A stretch of 62,021 nt of DNA from a virus (IMGVR_UViG_3300042306_001197:1-62021), one strand, 5' to 3'. Counted from the first letter of the stretch, positions 7,770-18,855 are shown. Numbers and translations: made by a program. The notes: generated by a model from the letters alone, not told the origin.

Positions 7770-10547
7770 ATGGATAGTCACAACTTACATAGTTTTTATA
7801 ATGGTGTCGGAACATCTGTTTCGTCAACACACTCAATACCAACACAGACCGTACCAGACAGCCAAAAGGCAAAGCCAGCCTGGCAAAAAAAGAACATGGA
7901 TGCTTTAGAGTCTATAGGTGTTTTGCAACTTGCCGAAAATGTTAAATTTCGTGACCTGTACAAAATGCTTGAAGGTAGACTTGCGTATTCTGACTATGAG
8001 CCAGATAACCAAATCTTAGATAGAGTTAGAGATTTAGGAGACAGCGTTGGGATACCTACGTTTGTTAAGCACTATGACTTCATAGGTATAATAACCAGAC
8101 AGTTGGTTGGCGAGTGGCTAGAACAAAAAGACGATTTTAAGATAGATACTATAGATGATATTTCTCAGAATGAGTATCTAAGAGAAAGATCAGGAAAGGT
8201 AAGAGAGTACGCACTAGACACATTTAAAAAGGAATTAGAAATAGAACTTGCAAAAGTTGGAATAAACCCTAACAAGCAAGACTTCCAATCAGAAGAAGAA
8301 CAACAACAATATTTACAACAGCTAGAAGAGGAAAAAGCCAAAATTATATCACCTGCTCAAATAGAGAAGGAGATGAAAGATTGGAAAACTAAAGCTGCTG
8401 AATGGGCAGAGCATGTCGTAGAGAAAGACCAACAAAGGTTCTACATGGATAAACTAGATAAGCAAGAGATGGAAGATTTCTTGATAACTGGTAGATTCTT
8501 TAGAAACTACTATATTGGGTATGACTACTACAAACCAGAAAGATGGTCACCATTAGAGACGTTCTTTTCTCAGGATGTTACAGCAGAAAACCCACAAGAT
8601 TGTGAGTACGTAGGTAGAGTATTTTATATATCTCCATCAGACATAATCAAAAGATACGGGCATTTACTAACACCTTCAGAAATAAAAAGACTTAACACAA
8701 ATTATGCTGAAACCTCAAGCGGTAATGCAGATGCAAAGGTTCAGTCTTGGAAAAACTCAATGAACGATGGTATGTTTGGTCAAGTTCAAACAATACCTTT
8801 CCATAATTACTATAACTACGATCTAGGTCTTCAAATACAAGATGCCTTGGATATCCCTATGGGTGAAGTATTAGTGGATACACCAGATGGACAACAAAGA
8901 GTACCAAACTGGTTAAGCCCTTTCCAAAACAATAATCACTTAGGTTTTAGTTACAGTTCTATACAAAGAGATGACATAAACATAAGAAGAGACCTTTTAC
9001 AAGTAACAGAAGCTTATTGGAGAAGCTGGAAAAGAATGTGGTTTATAAACTACACTACAGATGCTGGGTATGAAGATACAGCAATTGTAACAGACGATAT
9101 TCTACCTGAGTTTGTAAAAGAAAACAATATTAAAAAAGTTACAACTAAAGCTTTAAGAGACATACAAAAAGATCTTGAGGCCAATACTATGTATGAGTTT
9201 TATGTTCCTGAAATTTGGCAAGGCACTAAAATCAACGCTGGTAATTCCTATTTAACAGAGAACCTATACTTAGCAGTAGAGCCATTACCTTATCAGATAC
9301 GTGGAGAATCTAATATTTTTGATGTTAAGATTCCAGTAGCTGGTGTTATTTCATCATCTGTAGCACAGAAACTAAGACCTTATCAAATTGGTTACAACAT
9401 CTGCTTAAATCAGATCTTTAACCTATTGGAGAAAGAGATTGGTATGTTCTTCTTGTTTGATATAAACTTCTTACCATCTGAATACAAAGATCATGGTACA
9501 ATAGAAGAGTCACTAGAGAAACTTAGAGATTTAGCAAAAGATGTAGGACTTGTTCCATTAGATACAACTAAGCAGAACATGGCTGGGGCTAATGGTCAAA
9601 TGAATACATTTATGACTCAAGATATATCATTTGATAAGCAAATAAATAGTAGAATTCAATTATCTGAGTACTACCAAAGAAAAGCTTTAGAGCAAATAGG
9701 TATAACTCCTCAGAGATTAGGACAACCAAGCGTTTACGAAACTGCTACTGGAGTAAAACAAGGTACAGAAGCTTCTTATATGCAAACAGCCGACATCTTT
9801 AACACAATGGCTGTAGCTAGAAGAAAAGCTATGGAAATACATTTATCAATAGCACAGTACTGCCAAAAAGAGTATCTAGATGTTGATTTTGTATTTTCTA
9901 ACTCAGACGGTGATAAGATTTTTATGCACTTGTCTGATCCAGATTTTCCATTAAGAAGAATTGGAGTATTTCCTGTTAATGATCCTAAGAAACGTAGAGA
10001 GCTTGAAACAATGAAACAAGCCCTATTAAACATGAATACTTTAGGAAGCGATCTACTTGATTACGCAGAGTTATTCTCAGCAGACACAATAGTAGAGCTT
10101 GTTAGCATAGGTAAAAAAGGACGTGCAGAAAAGCAAAAAGAAATAGAAGCACAAAGAGCACATGAGCAAGAGTTGGCAGATAAGCAAATTCAAGCACAGA
10201 CTATGGATAAGGATAAAGAGAGAGCCTTTAAAGCTTCAGAAAGTCAGAAAGACAGAGAAGCAAGTATCCTAAGAGAAGAGATACAAGCTCAAGGTCGTGC
10301 TGCAGATAAGCAGGCAGACGCACAGTCATTCAAGAACATAAGTGCACAAGCAGATATGGCTTTAAAAGAAGTTAAAACTAGCAGCGACATAGAAGCTAAT
10401 AATAGAAAGCTAGCCTTACAAGAACAGCAAGCATCACAAAAAGCTGATAGTATTGGTAGGGACTTAGAGATAAAACTTAAGCAAATAGAGCAGAAAGATC
10501 GTCAGATGATGAATGATCGATATGTTGCAGAGATAAACAAGAATTAA
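7770..10547 (+). CDS. Portal protein (crAss-like)
   Basis: 925 aa between terL and the capsid genes, with portal-like motifs (LRPYQIGYN, IGITPQRLGQ...ETATGV) and a coiled-coil C-terminus. Confidence 0.88.
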   Translation: MDSHNLHSFYNGVGTSVSSTHSIPTQTVPDSQKAKPAWQKKNMDALESIGVLQLAENVKFRDLYKMLEGRLAYSDYEPDNQILDRVRDLGDSVGIPTFVKHYDFIGIITRQLVGEWLEQKDDFKIDTIDDISQNEYLRERSGKVREYALDTFKKELEIELAKVGINPNKQDFQSEEEQQQYLQQLEEEKAKIISPAQIEKEMKDWKTKAAEWAEHVVEKDQQRFYMDKLDKQEMEDFLITGRFFRNYYIGYDYYKPERWSPLETFFSQDVTAENPQDCEYVGRVFYISPSDIIKRYGHLLTPSEIKRLNTNYAETSSGNADAKVQSWKNSMNDGMFGQVQTIPFHNYYNYDLGLQIQDALDIPMGEVLVDTPDGQQRVPNWLSPFQNNNHLGFSYSSIQRDDINIRRDLLQVTEAYWRSWKRMWFINYTTDAGYEDTAIVTDDILPEFVKENNIKKVTTKALRDIQKDLEANTMYEFYVPEIWQGTKINAGNSYLTENLYLAVEPLPYQIRGESNIFDVKIPVAGVISSSVAQKLRPYQIGYNICLNQIFNLLEKEIGMFFLFDINFLPSEYKDHGTIEESLEKLRDLAKDVGLVPLDTTKQNMAGANGQMNTFMTQDISFDKQINSRIQLSEYYQRKALEQIGITPQRLGQPSVYETATGVKQGTEASYMQTADIFNTMAVARRKAMEIHLSIAQYCQKEYLDVDFVFSNSDGDKIFMHLSDPDFPLRRIGVFPVNDPKKRRELETMKQALLNMNTLGSDLLDYAELFSADTIVELVSIGKKGRAEKQKEIEAQRAHEQELADKQIQAQTMDKDKERAFKASESQKDREASILREEIQAQGRAADKQADAQSFKNISAQADMALKEVKTSSDIEANNRKLALQEQQASQKADSIGRDLEIKLKQIEQKDRQMMNDRYVAEINKN

Positions 10548-10603
10548 AGATTGTTTAACTAATTAAATATAATTTAACAACAGAAGTATAAAAAAGGCAA
10601 ATT

Positions 10604-10643
10604 TTAACTAATTTTGCCAATCCAAAAAAAACCATTAATTTTG
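10604..10643 (+). promoter_or_regulatory. Late-type promoter for scaffold/major capsid operon
   Basis: TTAACTAAT-TTTG(10613)-N19-TAATTTTG(10636-10643). Confidence 0.8.
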
Positions 10644-10651
10644 CAGAGAAA

Positions 10652-11803
10652 ATGAGAACAGAACAAAACCAACAAGAGCTGTCATTTGAACAATTATTAG
10701 AAATGAACGATTTCTCCTTAGATGGAGAACAAGTAATTACCGAACCAGATATCGACATTAATCTTAATGAAGATGGAGAGGAAGAGCCTGAGGTAGATAT
10801 TGATCCAATAGATACAGAGGATACTGATAAGGAAGATGATAAGAAAAAGGTTGAGACTAAAAGTAAAGCTAAAGAGGAGCCTAAGAAAGAAGAAATAGTT
10901 TTTGATAATTCAAGTAGTGTATACTTTGACATAATTAAAGACAAATTAGATTCTGGAGAATGGGAAGACGTACTTATCGAAACAGAGGATGGAACTGAAA
11001 AGTTACTATCTGAGTTAGATTCTGTAGACAAAGAGACTTTTAAAAATCTTGAAAGAGCCATTAAGGATCAGAAAGAAGAAGAGTTTAAATCAAAGTATAT
11101 TGAAGTAGATGGATTAGACGAAGTTAAAAAACGTCTTATTAGTATCGTTAAGAATGGGGATTTAGAATTAGCAAAAGCTTTATTTGAAAACCCTGAAACT
11201 TTAGAGGAGCCTTTCCAAGGTTATGATGAGGATAACGATGACCACAATGCAGACGTATTAGCCTGGTACTACAAACAAGTATTAGGACACAGCCCTTCTG
11301 AGACTAAAGCTTTAGTAGAGTCTTCTAAAAAAGATCTTACATTAGATGTAAAAGCACAAAAGATTGTGCAATACCAAAGAGATCAATTCTACAAAAATTT
11401 AGAAGCTAAAGAGCAAGAACTTATTGCTAATCAAGAAAAAGAGCAAGCAAGAATAAAAGAGTATAAAAAAGGATTATTAGCAGATCTAAAACAAGACGGT
11501 GTTTCTGAAAGCTTAGCTAGAAAATTTGCAGATGTTGCAACTAAGAAAACAGAAAACGGATCTTTTGAAATAGATGATATCTACGAAGAGTGGATGAATG
11601 ATCCTAAAAAAGCAAAAGAACTTATTCAATTTATGTTAGATAAGGAAACTTATTTAAAAAGAGTAACTTCAGAAGTAAAGAAAAATGTACAATTAGATAA
11701 TCTTAAAAAGATTAGAATAGTACAAGACACCAGTAGAGTAGAGAGAAGCAAAAAAGAAGAGACTACTCCTATCTCACCACTGGAAACTTTGAATTTCGAT
11801 TAA
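10652..11803 (+). CDS. Putative capsid scaffolding protein
   Basis: Very acidic, helical 383-aa protein between portal and MCP, the conserved position in crAss-like phages. Confidence 0.65.
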   Translation: MRTEQNQQELSFEQLLEMNDFSLDGEQVITEPDIDINLNEDGEEEPEVDIDPIDTEDTDKEDDKKKVETKSKAKEEPKKEEIVFDNSSSVYFDIIKDKLDSGEWEDVLIETEDGTEKLLSELDSVDKETFKNLERAIKDQKEEEFKSKYIEVDGLDEVKKRLISIVKNGDLELAKALFENPETLEEPFQGYDEDNDDHNADVLAWYYKQVLGHSPSETKALVESSKKDLTLDVKAQKIVQYQRDQFYKNLEAKEQELIANQEKEQARIKEYKKGLLADLKQDGVSESLARKFADVATKKTENGSFEIDDIYEEWMNDPKKAKELIQFMLDKETYLKRVTSEVKKNVQLDNLKKIRIVQDTSRVERSKKEETTPISPLETLNFD

Positions 11804-11836
11804 CAACAATAAACAAAAATTAAATTAAATTAAACA

Positions 11837-13531
11837 ATGGTAACACAACAAAACATTCCTTTCGTTGTAAATGGAGACCAAGTTATAATGTTCACAGATA
11901 AGAAAACAGTTTCTTCTATTGGTGGTGCACAAGACTTACCTTCACTTTACTCATGGTACAAAGAAGACCCAAACAAACATCACTTAGGTTTGATGAACTT
12001 ATGGGGTAAACAAGCTGTAAGAAGCTACGGTATTCTTAGAGAATTATTGCAAAACAAAGCTATCCTAGAAGTAAATGGATGGGACGGTGGATTTACTTAC
12101 GACATCGCTGTAGAAGAGTACAAAGGATGTTACACAACTCGTGACACATCATCTCAAGCTTATCCAGGTGTTGACGGAAGTACTTTCAAAATTGTATTGA
12201 ACAGAGCTTACACAACAGGAGACGTTTTATCTAACGATAAATACTACGGACAACAAATTATTGTTTCTGGAGAAGAGCCAGTTGTAGCTGTAGGAGAAGG
12301 TTTTGAGCACACTGTTAAATTAGCAGATAACGATAAGAGCACTTGGTTCTTAGCATCTAACTTGGCAAAAGGTATCCAATACTTTAAAGTTGGTCACGCT
12401 ATCTTAGGAGAAAGAGGTACTAACTTCTCTCACTTTGATTTACCAGACACAGTTGGAACAATGAGATGTGAATTCCGTTTAGGATCTGCATCAGGAGTTG
12501 AGGCTTACATCACAGGTATGGCTGACTCTAAATCATTCTCTGGAGCTGATGCTCAATCTAAAGCTTATTTAGATAAATTGCAATCAGAATTTGGTGGTAA
12601 TGATTACGCTGTCTTGACTAACTTAATCACTAAAGGTGGTAAGAAAGTTCCAGACATGAAAAATGCAAAAATTGGAGCAACAATGGAGTTCTTAACAATG
12701 AGAGAACTTGAAAGATTGACTGCACAAAAACTTTTATTCCAACGTGCTGCTACAGTTCGTGATTCAAATGGAGTTGCTAGATTAAACGAAGGTTTATGGC
12801 ACCAATTGAGACGTGGAAAACTTGTTAAGTATGGTCGTCCAGGTGGAATCACTCGTGATCACTTGAAAGAAGCTGCAGAATATGTATTCCGTATTAACCC
12901 ATTCAAACAAGATGTTGAAAGACGTTTGAAATTCAAATGTGGTAAATATGCATACCAAAACATCTTAGAGATTTTCTCTGACGAGGTTAATGCACAAAAT
13001 GCTTCATTAAATACATTCTTAGGTACTACTAGAACTATCCCTAACCCAGTTCGTGGAGAAGATCCATTTAACTTGGAATATGTGCCAATTCGTTTCACTA
13101 AAGTTTTCATTCCTGGAATCGGAAGTGTTGAAATCGAAGAGGATACATCATTGAACATGATGGAAGGTGTTGATCGTTTGGCAGGTGGATTCCACCCAGA
13201 GAACTTATCACCAACTGCTTACTCAATGGTTATTTGGGATGTTGAAGATCAAATGTACTCTAACAACAAAGCTTTACCAGCAGGTGCTACTTTAGTAGAC
13301 GGTGGTAACTCTGGAGCTAACATCTACTTAGTTAAACCACAAGGCGAAATGTGCTACTGGGGTACAACTAACGGACGTTACGATTACAGAAAAGCTGGAG
13401 ATATTATGTCTTCAATGAAACAAATCGGACAAGAATTCTGGGCATTTAATATCGCAGATATTCACGTAAGAGATTTAACTCGTTTCGTTATGATCGAGTT
13501 AGACGAAGCTGGAAGAAAAGGCTTCAACTAA
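11837..13531 (+). CDS. Major capsid protein
   Basis: 564 aa, strong high-expression codon bias (TTC, AAC, CGT, ATC), synteny terL-portal-scaffold-MCP, and a GLWHQL motif in the HK97-like 'G' position. Confidence 0.85.
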   Translation: MVTQQNIPFVVNGDQVIMFTDKKTVSSIGGAQDLPSLYSWYKEDPNKHHLGLMNLWGKQAVRSYGILRELLQNKAILEVNGWDGGFTYDIAVEEYKGCYTTRDTSSQAYPGVDGSTFKIVLNRAYTTGDVLSNDKYYGQQIIVSGEEPVVAVGEGFEHTVKLADNDKSTWFLASNLAKGIQYFKVGHAILGERGTNFSHFDLPDTVGTMRCEFRLGSASGVEAYITGMADSKSFSGADAQSKAYLDKLQSEFGGNDYAVLTNLITKGGKKVPDMKNAKIGATMEFLTMRELERLTAQKLLFQRAATVRDSNGVARLNEGLWHQLRRGKLVKYGRPGGITRDHLKEAAEYVFRINPFKQDVERRLKFKCGKYAYQNILEIFSDEVNAQNASLNTFLGTTRTIPNPVRGEDPFNLEYVPIRFTKVFIPGIGSVEIEEDTSLNMMEGVDRLAGGFHPENLSPTAYSMVIWDVEDQMYSNNKALPAGATLVDGGNSGANIYLVKPQGEMCYWGTTNGRYDYRKAGDIMSSMKQIGQEFWAFNIADIHVRDLTRFVMIELDEAGRKGFN

Positions 13532-13546
13532 TAAATAGTTAAATAA

Positions 13547-13576
13547 TCTTGCCCCATCTTAATCGGTGGGGTAAGA
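13547..13576 (+). terminator. Stem-loop after MCP (mRNA-stabilising hairpin or weak terminator)
   Basis: TCTTGCCCCATC / GGTGGGGTAAGA 12-bp stem with two G:U pairs. No good U-tract. Confidence 0.55.
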
Positions 13577-13579
13577 AAT

Positions 13580-13619
13580 TTAACGAATTTGCAGAATCCA
13601 ATATTTATTTGTAATTTTG
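13580..13619 (+). promoter_or_regulatory. Late-type promoter
   Basis: TTAACGAA-TTTG(13588)-N20-TAATTTTG(13612-13619). Confidence 0.8.
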
Positions 13620-13687
13620 CAGAACAAACCAACCAAAAGAATGCAACCCAACACAGAAAAAAGTTAAGTAACCAAAAATTAAGACAC

Positions 13688-14659
13688 ATGGCAATAAAGC
13701 CCAAAGTAACAGATAATGTTATCTTAAACATCTATGATTTTGCGATCAAGAAAGATACATTATATGAGATAAAAGAAAAGTTAGATACATCAGCACCAGA
13801 CGGTTTTAAAGAGTTTAACACAACTAAAGTATTAAGTGATACAGTTGTAGACACTTTTCCAGGAGCAGTATTTGATAGAGAAAGAGGTATTTGGGATACA
13901 GGTTTATACCCAACTTCTTCATCTTTTATGAGAGCTATACCTGTAGACCTAAGAGTTGCAGCATTGAAATCTATAAAAGAAAACATTATTAAGCCTATAG
14001 AGGCAGAAAAAGGAGTAGATGTTTTAGACCACACTGCTAACAATAACCATTTTTGGGATTCTTTTAGAATTGATTTGCAGAGAGGTAAAATATTTGATAC
14101 AGCTAAAGCAGAAGACTTGCTAAAGTTGTATTTGTTACTTATCCACAGAAGAGTAACACCTAAACACATGGAATCTCATCCAGAATTTAAGCAACCTATT
14201 TCAATGTACTGCATTGTAGATAAAGATAGTTCTATATCTAGAGAGGCTGAAAAAGAAATGAGACAGGCTAAAGCATCTGCTTTATTCTACAACTTATTAG
14301 GATCAGATAGAGAAGGACTAATCAGAGTATTAGATTACTTAGGAATCAGTGCTAACAATGGTACAGAAGACGGAGTATTGTATACAGTTTTTGGAAACTT
14401 TATTAAATCTAAAGAAGATAAGTTCCAAAATGATAAAGTCTTTATTGACACAGTTGAAAAGTATCAAACTGAAGCTGGAGAAGAAGAGATTTACATCCAT
14501 TCTAAATTAAAAGAATTTTACCTAAAAGGAAAAGTAAAAAATAAAAAAGGAGAAATCTGGTTAGACGATGTCTTTATTGAAAGCGGTTGGAAAAATGCTG
14601 CTAGAAAAATCAAAGAAGACAAAGAGTTGAAACAGTTGTTTACTACACTTTTAGAATAA
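13688..14659 (+). CDS. Conserved capsid-module protein following MCP
   Basis: Start moved to ATG 13688 (MAIKPK) because the longer ORF overlaps the promoter. Role is inferred from synteny only. Confidence 0.65.
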   Translation: MAIKPKVTDNVILNIYDFAIKKDTLYEIKEKLDTSAPDGFKEFNTTKVLSDTVVDTFPGAVFDRERGIWDTGLYPTSSSFMRAIPVDLRVAALKSIKENIIKPIEAEKGVDVLDHTANNNHFWDSFRIDLQRGKIFDTAKAEDLLKLYLLLIHRRVTPKHMESHPEFKQPISMYCIVDKDSSISREAEKEMRQAKASALFYNLLGSDREGLIRVLDYLGISANNGTEDGVLYTVFGNFIKSKEDKFQNDKVFIDTVEKYQTEAGEEEIYIHSKLKEFYLKGKVKNKKGEIWLDDVFIESGWKNAARKIKEDKELKQLFTTLLE

Positions 14660-14669
14660 CATTAAATAC

Positions 14670-14695
14670 GGGGGGTGTTTAACCCCCCATTTTTT
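14670..14695 (+). terminator. Intrinsic terminator-like hairpin
   Basis: GGGGGGT-gttta-ACCCCCC followed by ATTTTTT. Confidence 0.7.
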
Positions 14696-14700
14696 AAAAA

Positions 14701-15366
14701 ATGACTACAGAACAAGCTTATATAAAGTTTCAGATAAAAGTTAATGACAACTTTGAAAATTCAAATGTTGCAGGAGATAGAGGTAGATTCGTAGTCTTAT
14801 TTAATGAAGCCCAGAATAAGATGGTAGAATACATCTTAGACAATAAAAAGAACGATGAATTAAGATACATCCAAAAAATCTTAGTATCTAACCACAAGAT
14901 ACAAAAGCATCAATCTGTTGAGTTTGCAGATACTTTCAAGCTCCCAAGCAATTACTTCGACATTTCATCAGCCTACTCAAAGGGCTCAAACAGTACTTGT
15001 AAAGACCAGAAGATAAATCTTTTTGAATTAAAAGATGATAACAAGGTAGAGATATTACAAGACGAGTTTAATAAGCCATCCTTCTTAGCTAGAGAGGCAC
15101 CATTTACAATCACATCAGACAGCTTACACGCTTACAAAGATTGTTTCACACACGATGAATTATTTTTATCTTACTACAGATACCCAGTACAAATTAGTAC
15201 AATAGTAGAAGATGATCCAGAAAGCCCTTTTAACGAGGAAAATAACCCAGAATTTGATGATAGATTTGTAGATAGAATAATATCTATGGCTGCAAGTTTA
15301 TTCAAAGGTAATAGCTCTGATCCTGCTTATCAACTAGATATGCAAAGAGCACTACAAAAAGTATAA
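14701..15366 (+). CDS. Putative head-tail adaptor/ring protein
   Basis: LFNEAQ...LP.NYF...YYRYP...II.MA pattern typical of podovirus adaptor (ring) proteins. Synteny agrees. Confidence 0.6.
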   Translation: MTTEQAYIKFQIKVNDNFENSNVAGDRGRFVVLFNEAQNKMVEYILDNKKNDELRYIQKILVSNHKIQKHQSVEFADTFKLPSNYFDISSAYSKGSNSTCKDQKINLFELKDDNKVEILQDEFNKPSFLAREAPFTITSDSLHAYKDCFTHDELFLSYYRYPVQISTIVEDDPESPFNEENNPEFDDRFVDRIISMAASLFKGNSSDPAYQLDMQRALQKV

Positions 15367-15402
15367 TAACAAAAACAATAATTAACTAAATTAAAATTAA
15401 AA

Positions 15403-17370
15403 ATGGCAAGTCACGCACCACAAACAATCTTATTTGTTACTAACGAAGGTTCAGTAATGAGTAATGGCTACTCTACAAGATTAGCAAAAGGTCAGTTTGG
15501 TATTGTTGATAAAGGAGCTACTCCATCTGCATTAGGTATGGCAGTAGTAAATACTTTCCCAGCAACTCCAAAAGACAGATTATTCGAATTGAAATTGGGT
15601 ATCGCACCTTTAACTCCAACTCGTTCTCAATCTAACAAAGCATATTCATCTATGCCTTTCAAACTTTCAGAAATTGTTGACATCAAAGTTAACGCACCAA
15701 AGTTAGGAGTATCAGTAGATGAGTTTATCATCGGTTATGATGGGATTAACTACGATACAAGATTAAACCTACAACCTGGGGATAATGAAGTTATCGACAT
15801 TACATTAGCTGGAGAAGCTATTGGTATGTTGGGTTACCCAGAAGCAAAAGTAACAGTAAAACTTTACTTAGAAGCACCAAACGCTATCCCAGGACAAATG
15901 GTATCTGTTAACATGGAGAAAATTGTTCAAGAAGGTGTTGAAAGATTGAAACAAGTAACTTTATTAGGAGGAGTTCCTATTACTGAGTACATTGACATTA
16001 CTCCAGTAAATAGCTCAAACCCACAAACTGTAACAGGTACTGCATACACTTTCTTCAAGTTAAAAGTACAAGACGCAGGTAATGCAAGTGCATTAGGATT
16101 AGTTCAAGCACAATACCCAGCTCACTTAGTAAAAAGAGAAGAGTTTATTGGAGGTGTTTCTGAATATGTAATCTTAGCACCATCAAATACATCTTTGGCA
16201 TCATTTGCTCAAATTTTGTCTTCTCAAGACTCTGATTGTGCAGGATCTCCTGATTGTACAGATACAGTAACAAACATCGCATGGACTGCAGGCGAAGTTG
16301 GTACAGCAGTAGCTAAAACTTTTACTTTACAATTAGCAGATGACAAATGTGGAGAAGATAAGTTAGAGGCACTTCAAGCAGCTTACCCAGAATTGGCAAT
16401 CACTGCAGGACAATCTCAAGCATGTCAAACAGTTTATACTACTACAGTATTATCTAACATTGTTTCAGAAGAGTGTTCACCAATCTTAAGAGATTTATTC
16501 TTGGCAGAAGCACCAGCACCTTACGAATTTGTAAGTTGGGAAGCAGCACCAGTACAATACAATGGAATGAGTGCTATGGGTATTCACTTGAAAGGTAAAG
16601 TAAATATCTTTGCTGGATCAGAAGAATACAGAGATGAGTTACCATTCGTTTACTCTTCTACAAGAATCTCTATTGCAAATGCAGCTCCTGGACTTGTTTC
16701 AGAGTCATTCAAAATGGGATCTAACGGAAGATTCAATGTAAAATTACTTTCAATCGCAACTGAACCAGAAGCAGTAGGAGGTCAATTTTATGACTTAGAA
16801 GAGCGTACTAGAGTATACTTTGAAAATCGTCAAAGATTAGCAGGTAACAACTACGGTAAATTAGTATTAGGTCAAGAATCACACTTGAAACCAACAGTAC
16901 AATACGTAGATTACTCTATCAGAATCAGAACAAATCGTTTTGCTCAATCATTCTCAGGAGAGGTTGTTGAAAACATTGATTACCACATCTTAGTAGATGC
17001 TTGTAAATACCAAGGAGTTGAAGCATTGATCAACCAATTAGCTACAGCAGCTGGATTACCAACTGTACAAGCTTACCCGGCTAGTTCAAACACAACTACA
17101 ACTACAGCATCATCTAGTACAACTGCACCAACATTGTTTGGAGCTTATTCAACAGGTACTACTGATTACATCTGTACATACGGAGGAAGCTCAGTAGCAT
17201 TTAGTACATTAGATGGAAACAATTTCTGTAGCACTAATGGTATAAGTTGGTCACCAATGTTCCAATTACCTAGTTCATTTAACATTAACTACAATGGACA
17301 GATAAGACAATTTACTAACATGGGTAACAACATGGCATCAGCAGCTAGCGGATGTACTAGCTGTTACTAA
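15403..17370 (+). CDS. Abundant virion structural protein with Thr-linker C-terminal extension
   Basis: High-expression codon bias like MCP, beta-rich. After ...TVQAYPA comes SSNTTTTTASSSTTAPT and a ~80-aa Cys-containing domain. Confidence 0.65.
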   Translation: MASHAPQTILFVTNEGSVMSNGYSTRLAKGQFGIVDKGATPSALGMAVVNTFPATPKDRLFELKLGIAPLTPTRSQSNKAYSSMPFKLSEIVDIKVNAPKLGVSVDEFIIGYDGINYDTRLNLQPGDNEVIDITLAGEAIGMLGYPEAKVTVKLYLEAPNAIPGQMVSVNMEKIVQEGVERLKQVTLLGGVPITEYIDITPVNSSNPQTVTGTAYTFFKLKVQDAGNASALGLVQAQYPAHLVKREEFIGGVSEYVILAPSNTSLASFAQILSSQDSDCAGSPDCTDTVTNIAWTAGEVGTAVAKTFTLQLADDKCGEDKLEALQAAYPELAITAGQSQACQTVYTTTVLSNIVSEECSPILRDLFLAEAPAPYEFVSWEAAPVQYNGMSAMGIHLKGKVNIFAGSEEYRDELPFVYSSTRISIANAAPGLVSESFKMGSNGRFNVKLLSIATEPEAVGGQFYDLEERTRVYFENRQRLAGNNYGKLVLGQESHLKPTVQYVDYSIRIRTNRFAQSFSGEVVENIDYHILVDACKYQGVEALINQLATAAGLPTVQAYPASSNTTTTTASSSTTAPTLFGAYSTGTTDYICTYGGSSVAFSTLDGNNFCSTNGISWSPMFQLPSSFNINYNGQIRQFTNMGNNMASAASGCTSCY

Positions 17371-17394
17371 TAAAGTAAAGATAGATTAAACTTT

Positions 17395-17426
17395 AAAAAG
17401 GAGGAGCAAAACACTCCTCCTTTTTT
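17395..17426 (+). terminator. Intrinsic terminator
   Basis: AAAAAGGAGGAG-caaaaca-CTCCTCCTTTTTT. Confidence 0.8.
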
Positions 17427-17463
17427 ATATTAAAAAAATTACAACATTATAATAAAATAGAAA

Positions 17464-17928
17464 ATGAAAGACTATTTTGGGGGCATTGCCTTGACCATGA
17501 AAGAGTTCATAGCTTATATTGCAACATCCCTTATAATGTTTTTTACCCCAGTGGGGGGAATATTAATTGCAGTAGCAGTTGCAATAGCATTAGATACAAT
17601 CTTTGGAATATCTAAAGCAATAACAAAAAAAGAAAAATTAACCTCAAGGAGGGCCAGCCATATAGTCTCTAAGTTTGTATTATACCAAGCAGCAGTTTTG
17701 TTGATATTTACAATGGACAAATTTTTACTAGGAGAGTTTTTTAAAATATGGTTTAGTATAGAATTCTTTTTTACAAAGGTAGTAGCAATAATAATAATTT
17801 TTATTGAGATGCTTAGTATGAAAGAGAACTTTGAAGAAGCGTTTAATATCAACATATTTAGTAAGGTAAAAGAAGCTCTAAAAAGAACAAAAGAATTTAA
17901 AGAAGATATTCAAGAAATAACAAAATAA
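17464..17928 (+). CDS. Holin (phage holin 4-like)
   Basis: Three hydrophobic segments, LDTIFGI, IEMLSMKEN motif, charged C-terminus. Confidence 0.75.
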   Translation: MKDYFGGIALTMKEFIAYIATSLIMFFTPVGGILIAVAVAIALDTIFGISKAITKKEKLTSRRASHIVSKFVLYQAAVLLIFTMDKFLLGEFFKIWFSIEFFFTKVVAIIIIFIEMLSMKENFEEAFNINIFSKVKEALKRTKEFKEDIQEITK

Positions 17929-17935
17929 ATATAAA

Positions 17936-18484
17936 ATGTCACAGATAGTAGGAGAAATAAAAATAGACTTTGATGTAATACAATCAACAGTTCAGACACT
18001 ATGGGTCGGTGACAGCAGTGATTGGGTACACGCAGAAATATTACCTGCAACTATAGACGTAATACTTCCAGGCTCAAAAAAAGCCTTAGTATTCTCTTAT
18101 AAAAAAAATGCAATCACATCTCTAAATAGCCACAATCTAGGAATCACTTGTTTAAAAGGGGATTGTAAAGATGAGGTGTACGGAGACTTACCAGATGGTG
18201 TTTACACAATAACGGTAAAAAGTGGATACTCAAATTTTGAAGCCACAAAATATTATTTAAAAACAGATAGGATTGAACTTGAAGTTTCAAAGATGGTTGT
18301 AAAACACGGATTTGAATACTCTAAGTCAGACAAAAACTTCAGAGATAAAATCTACGAAATTGATTGGTTAATAAAAGTAGCCAAAGCTCACGCAAAATTG
18401 GGAGACTTTGTAAAAGCAGATAGATTTTTTAACGAAGCAAGAGAAGAATTAAAATCATTCGGTAACTGTAAAGACTGTATCTAA
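17936..18484 (+). CDS. Putative virion structural protein
   Basis: LPDGVYTITV beta motif, helical C-terminus ending CKDC, located in the structural operon. Confidence 0.55.
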   Translation: MSQIVGEIKIDFDVIQSTVQTLWVGDSSDWVHAEILPATIDVILPGSKKALVFSYKKNAITSLNSHNLGITCLKGDCKDEVYGDLPDGVYTITVKSGYSNFEATKYYLKTDRIELEVSKMVVKHGFEYSKSDKNFRDKIYEIDWLIKVAKAHAKLGDFVKADRFFNEAREELKSFGNCKDCI

Positions 18485-18486
18485 AC

Positions 18487-18831
18487 ATGGCAGGACAACA
18501 AAACTATCTATATCTATCCCAAGAAGCCTATTATGATAAGGCAGAGGAAGAGATACTAAGATCAGCAGACTTATACTATATTAGTAAAAGGTTTGGTGTA
18601 GGAGAAGGACCGGATAAAGAAAAGCTTAGACATAATCAGTTATTCTACAACATCCTATGTACGGATGAATGTGAATTAATCGAATGGGTAAGTAAAAAAA
18701 TAAACGGGGAATTAGAAAAAAGACCTCATAAATTAAAAATGAAGGATCACAAAGTTTATGATATACCTTACGGATATGATAACAGTGATGATATCTCTAG
18801 CTGTTGTGCTTGGGGAGAATTAGAATGGTAA
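18487..18831 (+). CDS. Hypothetical protein
   Basis: 114-aa ORF in the operon. Confidence 0.65.
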   Translation: MAGQQNYLYLSQEAYYDKAEEEILRSADLYYISKRFGVGEGPDKEKLRHNQLFYNILCTDECELIEWVSKKINGELEKRPHKLKMKDHKVYDIPYGYDNSDDISSCCAWGELEW

Positions 18832-18855
18832 TCCTTTTTAAAAAATAAAAACACT

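Noticed and set aside
13589-13687. Upstream start extensions given in the ORF track (also 1928-1972, 4449-4508, 27179-27214, 31301-31342)
   Set aside because: They overlap promoters or upstream genes. Downstream ATGs give better starts and, for 27215, a proper signal peptide.
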